Positions 52,201 to 61,200 of a DNA stretch of 64,000 nucleotides are shown here, piece after piece. Each line of letters starts with the position of its first letter. Positions within the stretch are counted from its first letter, which is position 1. The notes below the pieces were generated by a model that worked only from the letters and a program-made list of their open reading frames with translations, was not told where the DNA came from and made no database searches. Source of the DNA: the human T2T-CHM13v2.0 reference genome, Homo sapiens; the NCBI RefSeq assembly GCF_009914755.1, contig NC_060931.1, one strand, 5' to 3'. A program made the translations under genes and the position numbers.

Positions 52201-55200
52201 CCATGCCTGGGTGGGCCAGGTGGGATGGGATACGCAGTCAAATTCAATCAGGCCCTAACCCTTAGACCCAAACCTGGCCCTGAGCATTTATTGAGCACTC
52301 CCTGGCCTGTCTCCATCAAGCAGAGACTCCTGTGAAACTTACAAGTGTGTTTGTGGCCCCTGGGACACAAGCTTTCCCCACCTCCATAGTGGATGTCTTC
52401 CTGCCCCGCCCACCTCACCTTCTGCAATAGCAGCACAATGATGGGGATGAGGCGGGCTCGGCTCTGCTCCAGTGTGACCAGTGTCCGGGGTGAGCGGATG
52501 AACAGCTTGCTGTGGCCAAAGGCCACGTCCCCCTGCAGCCCGTGCTGCTCCAGGAGAGCGCTCACGGCTGCCTTGTCGGAGCCCAGCAGGTGGTTGGGCC
52601 ATGTGTATTCACAGGTCATCTTGTACCTGTCACCACAGGACAGGGCAGTGTGGCCCAGGCCTGGGGGAGAGATGATGGAGCCCACCCTGCCCACCCCACA
52701 CCTGGGGAGATGGCAGGGATACAGAGTGTGTTCCTGGAGCACTTATGACACCTGTGCACATATGTCTTCCCATACACATGTCCTCACATACATGTCCTCA
52801 CACAGCCCTCATACCCATGTTCCCACCTGTATGTCCCCACATGCATGTGCTCACACACATGTCTTCCCAGATATTTTGGTGTCTTGAGGCCAGCAGCGTG
52901 CTGGTTCCTGCTTGTATCGATGTTTGCGACGTGCTGTTTGGGGACCCTCTGCTCCTACCCCTTGGACTCCACACAGGGACTATGGCCCATGGAGTGATGG
53001 GTGTCAGGTGCCAGTACCTGAGCAGGAATCGAGAGTAGGGCTGGCGGGAAGCGAAGCCAGCCCTGCGGACCCTCACATTCTCCAGCAGCCCCAGGTATGC
53101 GACCTGGTGGCGACAGTGGTTCTCATCCAGCTTCCCAGCTACCTTGTCCTCATTGGGCTTGATGCAGCGGACGTAGAAGGGCTCCTGCAGGGACAGAGGG
53201 GACTTGGAGAGGGTCTGCGCCAGCAGCACTGTGCACCCTGCCCCACACCAGGGGCTTCCTAACCCCTCAAGGTCCCAGGCCAGGAGAAGAGTTGGGAACA
53301 AAGAAGGGAAATCAGCAGAACAAGGGCCCTGGAAGCCCTAAGTGCTGGGCAGAGGCCAGCAAGGCCAGGTTCAGAGCCAGGTTCCAGCCCCTGGTCGGGG
53401 GGTGGGGAGGTGGGCGTGGCAGGGGCAGGAGCAGGCCTCGCCCCATCTGCCTTCCTTCTCTCCTTCCAAAAGGGGCTGACATCTCTGGATGTTCTGTAGT
53501 TAAGCTCACCCTAACATGTCCTCTCCCCGACCCTTCACCTGTTCCTCTTCTGACTTTTGACCCAAAGCTCCCCAAGAAAGCTTGTGCCAGTTTCCTGTCT
53601 CTCTGGCCCCACCTGCCAGAAGAATCCTGGGTTTTTGCCAAGAGCTGGGCTGGGCCAAGCCAGCCTCTCAGCAGGGTCTCCCCAAACCCCTCCCTGTTCA
53701 AGAGACAATGGGGCGAGGAGAAGCCTGGGTTCCCCATGATTGATCAAGCCTCAGCCCAGCCCCTGAGGCCCCACATCTCACCTGTGCAGTGGGTGGGGTC
53801 CACTGCTGGAGCAGATGTGGCTCATACAGACAGGACAAGAACCCTCTCCCCACCACTATGATGTACAGAGGTGGTTGGGACCCTACTTGGCACCGAGGGC
53901 ACAGAGAGAAGGATCCGGAACAGCCAGAGTGGGAGAGGGGTGGAACATACCTTGGAGGCAAGGTTCTCCACCAGGGCCACCATGGAGTTCTTGAAGAGTG
54001 TGCCAGCCGTCAGGGGGCGCTTGGTCACCTCTGTGATGTCCTGCTGCCCGTCCGGCCACATGGCCCGTAGAGTGGGGTCCGTGCTGCAGACACAGGCCGA
54101 ATTCCCAGCCATCCTCTGGGAGAGCAGCCCCACCCACCCACGTCCTGACGCTAGTCAATGCCTGACCCCAGAGTCTCTGGGGCCCCAGGGCCCTGGCCCT
54201 CCCTATGGTGCCCAGCAAGCCGTGCTCACCTGTTGTACAGCAGCCGCTTGAAGTCCTGGAAGAGGAAATCTCTGTTCTTGTCGATGAAGCCTTCCACGGA
54301 GTACCTACCAGAAGCCAGGGCTGGTGAGGGAGCAGGGGCGGGGGCTGCCAGGCCAGAGTGCTAATGACCCCAGCAGCCCCCACTCTCTTCCCATCTGCCT
54401 CTGTTCCCATAGGTCAGTCTCTCTTCCTCCCTCTGCCTTGGCTCCTCTCCTCCTTCCCCCTCACACCTGCTTTCTCTTTCGTCATGTAAGACTCCCTCCC
54501 TCAGGAGACATTTCTCTCCTGGAAGATGAATCGAGTGGTTAAGCCCCCAGCTCTGAAGCCAAATGTCCTAGCACCGAGTCCTGCTTCTACCACATGCATG
54601 CTGTGTGACTTTGCCTAAGCCACTCAACCTCTCTGTGCTTCAGTGTACATCAGTTGCTCAGAACAGTGCCTACTGAATTTTGATAAACATCAGCGACTAC
54701 AACTATGACTAGGAACTCCTGAGTCCTGGGCCTATTTTGATCTGTGGGCACTGAGAGCCTCAGAATCACTGTCTAGTTCTTGGACTGCTAGAAAGGTCAG
54801 TGCCAAATCTTGGCTCCAACTGCAGCACCTATGAAGGCTCAGGGAATGGATTTTTTTTTTTTTTTTTGAGAAATAGTCTCACTCTCTTGCCCAGGCTGGA
54901 GTGCAGTGGTGCGATCTCAGTTCGCCACAACCTCTACCTCCCAGGTTCAAGCAGTTCTTGTGCCTCAGCCTCCCGAGCAACTGGCATTACAGGCACGCGT
55001 CATCGTGCCCGGATAATTTTTATATTTTTAGTACAGATGAGGTTTTGCCATGTTGGCCAGGCTGGTCTCGAACTCTTGGCCTCAGGTGATCCACCCACTT
55101 TGGCCTCCCAAAGTGCTGGGGTTACAGGCATGAGCGACCTCATGGGTGTAGATTTTGCGAACAGATAAAGGTAGATGATATTGGGCTGCTTTGTTGTCAT

Positions 55201-58200
55201 CATCTATTCTATTCCCTCTCCTTGAGAAGTTCTCATGAAACACTTACACCTCGATGTGAGTCACCTTAAATCGTTTTGGGATGCGGCAAGCAACACATAA
55301 GTTAATAGCCATCATGACAACCCCTGAAGACACCTGGGCTTTGGCACTGGGAGCGTGGTCCAAGTATGGTAGCGAGGCCTCACCTGGGAGCTTGTTAGAA
55401 ATGCAGAATCTTGGCCCCCCTGCACCTTCCACTCCCTCCCCACCCCCACATCACCAGCCTGAAGCCCCCCACCCCACAGATGCTGGTATAGGGTTGGGCC
55501 CAGACATGAGACGTGGGTATTTTTTAAAGGCTCCCAGAAGAATGCAGCCATGGTTAACCACTATCCTCAAACCCTGTTTCCTGCTCTTCACTTGTGAATC
55601 TGCTGTCCGGCATGTTTCAGTGTCTTAAAGGGGTGGGGGTGGCAGAAGTGGCCATAACACCTGTCTCCGAGCCACTCCCCTGAAGCGCTCCTGCCCCATG
55701 ACACATGCCATGGTGCCTGTGGGAAAGCCAGGGATGTGGGTGGGAGGGGGCCCTTACGTGACGTCCCCTGCATAGTGCTTGATCCGGAAGTCTCGGCCAA
55801 ACTCCATGGTCTTGTCTGTGGGGCAGAGCTATGGGGACAGGCTGAGGTCAAGGCACAAAAGGTATGTGGAGGGTCTGTATGAAGGGATAGCCCTGCCTCC
55901 CCACCTCCAGGGCAGAGAAGGTTGCCACAGTGACGACAATGGCACCAAAGCTGGGTCCCCAACCAGGCCCCACGAGGCATGGGCAGCATGGTGCCTGTGG
56001 GGCAGGTCCCACCAGCCCACTGTGGTGGCACTGGGACAGCCGGGGGCACCTGGCGGCTGGTGTAGTGTAGGTGATGGCGGTGGTGCGTGTCCAGGGTCTG
56101 CAGGAAGATTCGGTCAGTGATGGTGCCAGCAGAGCTGCAGGCCTCGTCCAGCACGGCCAGGATGCCACGGTGGGGCCGCTCCACCAGATCCACAATGGTG
56201 GCGTTGTTGAAATACTCAACCTGGGGCAAAGGCAGCCAGCAAGGAAGCTCCCAAGGTCTTTCAGGCCACCTCCCCTCCTCCGCCCCACACTCAGCCACCT
56301 GTCAGGCCAGCCCGGGCCCCTCCCCATGGGCTGAGGCCCCTCCACACCCCACTGCCTGGCCTCCCTCCAGGCCACAGTGCTCACGCTCTGCCAGGTGATG
56401 CCCTCGCGCTCGTACTCTTCCTGTTCCTGCTTCAGGATGAGCTGGATGAATAGCTGCTGCAGCTTCTCATTGCAGTAGTTGATGCAGAACTGCTCGAAAC
56501 TGGGGGTGGGGTGGGCCTTTCAGAGGGGAGGTCGCTGCTTGTGGAGTGCATGGTAATGGGTGGCTGCTCCCCTGAACATCTCTGCTAATGTTCATTGAGG
56601 GTTCTGGTGCCAGCACCCTGTGTGGCTTCCCTGTGGCTTATGCATCCCTGCCCTGGACTCCTTTACCCCACCCACACCTCCTGCATGCACGTTCTGGAGT
56701 GGACTTGGGAGTCACAACCAGGAATTACTCATGCCCCGTAATTCTGCCTTCCATCAGGACATCAATGGTCAGAGGGTGCAGGTGAGGCAGGTTTGGGAGG
56801 CATGAGCCTTGGGCCCAGGGACCAGCCGGGAGAAACCCCAACATTCCTGCTGCCCAGCCCCAGCCGAGCTTTCCAGAACTAAGTGGGCAAAGCTGCTGGG
56901 TGTCAGAGGTGGAGATGTGGCTGGCCAGCCACCCACCTGTTGACGGGAAACACCTCGAAGCCATAGATGTCCAGCACGCCAATGACTGTGTCCTTGCCAT
57001 CACGCCGAGGATCCCGGCCCCGGGGTTCCATGACACTGTTGATCCTGTTCACCACCCACTCAAACAGCCGCTGGTACACTGCCTGGGGGATAGGAACACC
57101 CTGCTTCCTGCTGCCTCTGGCCTGGCCTCCCCCATGAAGGCCTCCTGGGCTTCCCTCCCTGTGCCTGCCCCCAAAGTACCTTGGCACAGGCATCCCGGGC
57201 ATAGCTGGCCTCAGCTGCAGTGTGGCCCTTCTCTATGAGTTCCCTGCCTCCCGAGGCAACTGTGCGAGCCAGCAGGGAGCGGAGCACGAGGTCCCGGGGT
57301 GTGGCCGTCAGCTCAGCCACATGGTCCACCAGTGCCTCCTCGGCCACTGCCAGGCCCTCCTTCTGCAGCCCACCCTCCTCCGTCTCCACAAACTCGATGT
57401 TTCCCTGGTGATGGGAAAACCATGAACAGTCCGGGCTCCATGTCTCAAAAGAGCCTGGACAACTTTGGACAAGAAGGAGAAAGGAAAGCAGGGGACATGG
57501 ATGCGGTAGAGTACAGCTCCTTCTCAGACCAGCATGGTCAGCTGCTCACCATGGGCACAGACACAGCCAGAGACTGGGGGAAGGGGGCATGGGCACACCA
57601 GAGTCTCTGCCAAGGCCTCGAGGCCTCGAGTCCAAATGACATGTGAATGACCCCATCGCATCCTCCCACAGCCAGCGGAGCCCTGCACTACTTACTCCTC
57701 ATGCCGCTTAGAGAGAACTGAGGCCAAGAGGCACTGAGTAAATGCAACCAAAGCCACACAGCTCATGACTGCACTAAGAGGCAGTCTGCATGATGCTCAG
57801 CTTTTACTGCGCCTGGCTGACCTGGCCCTAAGAATGGGGTCTGGACCATGTATCAACTGAGCTCATCACTCGAGCAGCTCAGCTTCTGCAGGAGAGGCAG
57901 TCAGCCTAGCACATTGCTGGGGCATCTCCAGCCAGTCTCCTCCTCATCCCTGGGTGCTTCCCAGCCAGGAAACCCTTGTGGGGAAGTAGCCCTCCCAGGC
58001 TTCTGAGCCAGGCTCACCAGGTGCAATATGGCAGCCAGGATGCGATGCACAGACTCCACCTCTTCAGGACTGAAGCCGATGACCCTCATGGCCTCGGTCA
58101 CTGCCTGGTGGCTCTGCTCATCACTGTCCAAGGCCTAGGGTAGAAGGGATTCATCACTCCAAAGCCACACTGGGCCCAGGACACCTGTCTCCCTTGAGGC

Positions 58201-61200
58201 TTGATTCCTCCATCCTAGGCACCTGCTCACCCCTGTCCCCTGTCCCCTTCCTGAACCTGATTACTCCAGCCTAAGCACCTGCTCACCCCTGCACTCTGTC
58301 CCCTCCATCAGCCATTTTCACTCCACCCCGAGCACCCTCCCCACTCACGCAAACAGTTCACTTCACCCTGGCCTGTGCTGAGTGCTGCCCATTCCCTACC
58401 ACCACACTCAGGCCCTGACACTGAGCCCAGTTTGAGCCCTTGGTGCCCCTCACACTCACACTGTGCACAGTCATGTTGAGTCCTGCTCCCTGGTGTGTGA
58501 AATTGTATACAGCAGGGTTTCTCTCCAAGTGCAGTTCATGCAGCTGCTTGTCCTCACTGCCTCTCAGCAACTAGAGGACACAGGCATCCTTTAGACAAAT
58601 AAGCTCCCAGGATGTCCCCCTGTACACACACACAGGCAGGAGAACAAACAGACTTGCGCTTCCTTCCAGTATTGAACGAACAAACGTGGGGGAAGGTCAG
58701 ACAGTGTGAACAGTTTCTGTGTGCCAGCAAGCTCCCCATTCAGCTGTTCAGTGGGTCAGGGAGCTCCACTTCAGTGGGAGCTATGACTCCACCATGAAGT
58801 CACTGTTCTTGTGCCAGACCTCATCTTGGTAGGGAGCTCAGTCCCTGTGGAGACATTGCCCTCGACCCAGGGGGATCCCACCTCAGTGGGTAGCTCAGAG
58901 TATGTGGAGACACTACCCGGGTCCCAAAACCTCCCACTGAGTGAGGAGGTAAGAGTTTGTGGACAAACTGCAGAATCCTAGGGAGCTCCACTTCAGTGGG
59001 AGCTCAGAGTTACTGGAGACCCTGCCCCTGTCCCAGGAAGCTCCCACCTCAGTAGGGAGCACAGGTTCCGTGGAGACATTGCTCTCCACCCAGGGAGAGC
59101 CCATGTCCTAGGGAGCTCAGCGTCTGTGGAGACACAACTGGTGCCACATGAACTCCCACCTCAGCAGGGAGCTCAGAGTCCATGGAGACACTGCCTGTGT
59201 CCCAAAAGTTCCCACTTCACTGGAGGTGGTAAGAGTCTGTGGAGATCCTGCTGTTATTCCAGAGAGCTCCACTTCAGTGGGAGCTTAGAGTCTGTGGAGA
59301 CCCTGCCCTGTGTCCCAAGGGGCTCCCACTAGTGGGAAGCTCAGATTCCACAGAGACAATGGTCATGTCGCAGAGAGCTTCCACCTCATAGGGGAATGGA
59401 GAGTTTGTGGAGACATCGCCCATGTCCGAGGGAGCTCCCAGCTCCGTGAGGAGCTCAGAGACCATAGAGACACCGCCAGTGTCCCAGACAGCCCTACTTC
59501 ATGGAAACTCAGAGTCTGCGTGGACACTCCTTGTGTTCCAGAGGGCTCCCACCTCAGGGAAGCTCAGAGTTCTTGGACACTGACTGATTCCCAGGGAGCT
59601 CCACTTCAGCGGGAGCTCAGAATCCGTGGAGACGTTGCCACTGTCCCAGTGAGCTCCACTTTGGTGGGAGTTCAAAGTCCAAGGAGATAGTGCCCCTGTC
59701 CCACGGGGCTCTTACCTCAGAGCAGAGCCCAAAGTTGATAGAGACACTGCCTGTGTCCAAGACACAGCCCACCTGAGTGGGCAGCCCAGAGTCCGTGGAG
59801 ACACTGCTTCACATGTCCCACTGAGCTCCCACCTCGGTGGGTAGCTCAGAGTCCTTAAAGACACTGTCCATGCTCCAAAGAGCTCCATTTCATGGGAGTT
59901 CAGAGTCTGAAAAAAACTCTCTGTGTCCCAGGGAGCTCCCACCTCAGTGGAGAGTTTATAGTTCATGGAGACCCTGCCCAAATCCTGTGGAGCTCCCACC
60001 TCATGGGGAGCTCAGAGTCTGTGGAGACCCTGGCAACGTCCCAGGGAGCAATCCCCTCAGCCAGGAGCTCAGAGTCATTAGAGACAATGCCCATGTGCCA
60101 CCGAACTCCCCCTTCAATGGGGGAACTCTGAGTCCATGGAGACCCTGCCCATGTCCCAAAATCTCCCATTTCAGTGGGGAGGTAAGAGTCTGTGGAGATC
60201 CTGCCGGAGTCCCAGGGAGCTTCATTTCAGTGAGAGCTCAGAGTCTGTGGAGACGCCCTCTGTGTTCCCAGGGGCTCCCACCAGGGGGAGGCTCAGAGTC
60301 TGTGGAGACACTGCCAGTGTCTCAGGGAGCTTTTACCTCAAATAAAGGTCAGAGTCCACAGAGACACTACTGGTTTCCCAGTGAGCTCCCACCTCAGTGC
60401 AGACTCACTGGAAAGACAGCCCAGGGGGCTCCCACCTCAGTGGAGTTCAGAGTCCTTACAGACACTGCTGTGTCCCAGAGAGTGTGACTTCAGTGGGAAG
60501 TCAGAGTCGTGAAGACACTGCCGTGTCCCAGGGAGCACCACACCATGGAAGCTCAGAGTCCTTAAAGGCACTCCTTGCATCCCAGGAGGCTCCCACCTCA
60601 GCGGGCGGTTCATAGACCCTGGAGACCCTGCCCGCTACCCAGGGAGCTCCTGTCTCATGGGGAGCACAGAGTCTGTGAGACACTGTGCTTGTCTCAGGGA
60701 GCTCCCACCTCAGTAAAGAGCTCAGAATCCATGGAAACACCGCCTGTGTACCAGGGAGAAACTGCTGTGTTCCAGGGAGCTCCCACTGCACTGGGGAGCT
60801 GAGAGTTGGTGGGGACCATGTCTGTGCTGCAGGGAACTCCTAACTCAGTGGGGAGCTCCAAGTCCCTAGAGACACTGCTCCAGTCATAGGGTGCTCCCAG
60901 TTCAGTGGGGGAGTTCGGAGTCTGTGGAAACACTGTCTGTGAACCAGAGGACACAGTGGGCAGGCCACAGTTTGCAAACACACCGCTGGCGTGCCAGGGA
61001 GCTCCACTTCAGTGTCAAGCTCTGAGACTGCAGAGACACTGTTTGTTTCCAGGGAGCTCCCACCTCAGTGGGGTGTCAAAGCTTGTGGAGACAGTCCCTG
61101 GGCGCGCCTATCTCACAGAGGTGCTCAGAGTCAATGCCCGTGTCCCCAGGAGCACCACTTCAGTGTTGAGCTCTGATACCACTAGAGACACTGCCTGTAA

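Noticed and set aside
59837-60487. 216-aa and other + strand ORFs in intron 5
   Set aside because: They are by-products of the GC-rich 56-bp repeat, antisense to MYO1G, and frames shift between units.
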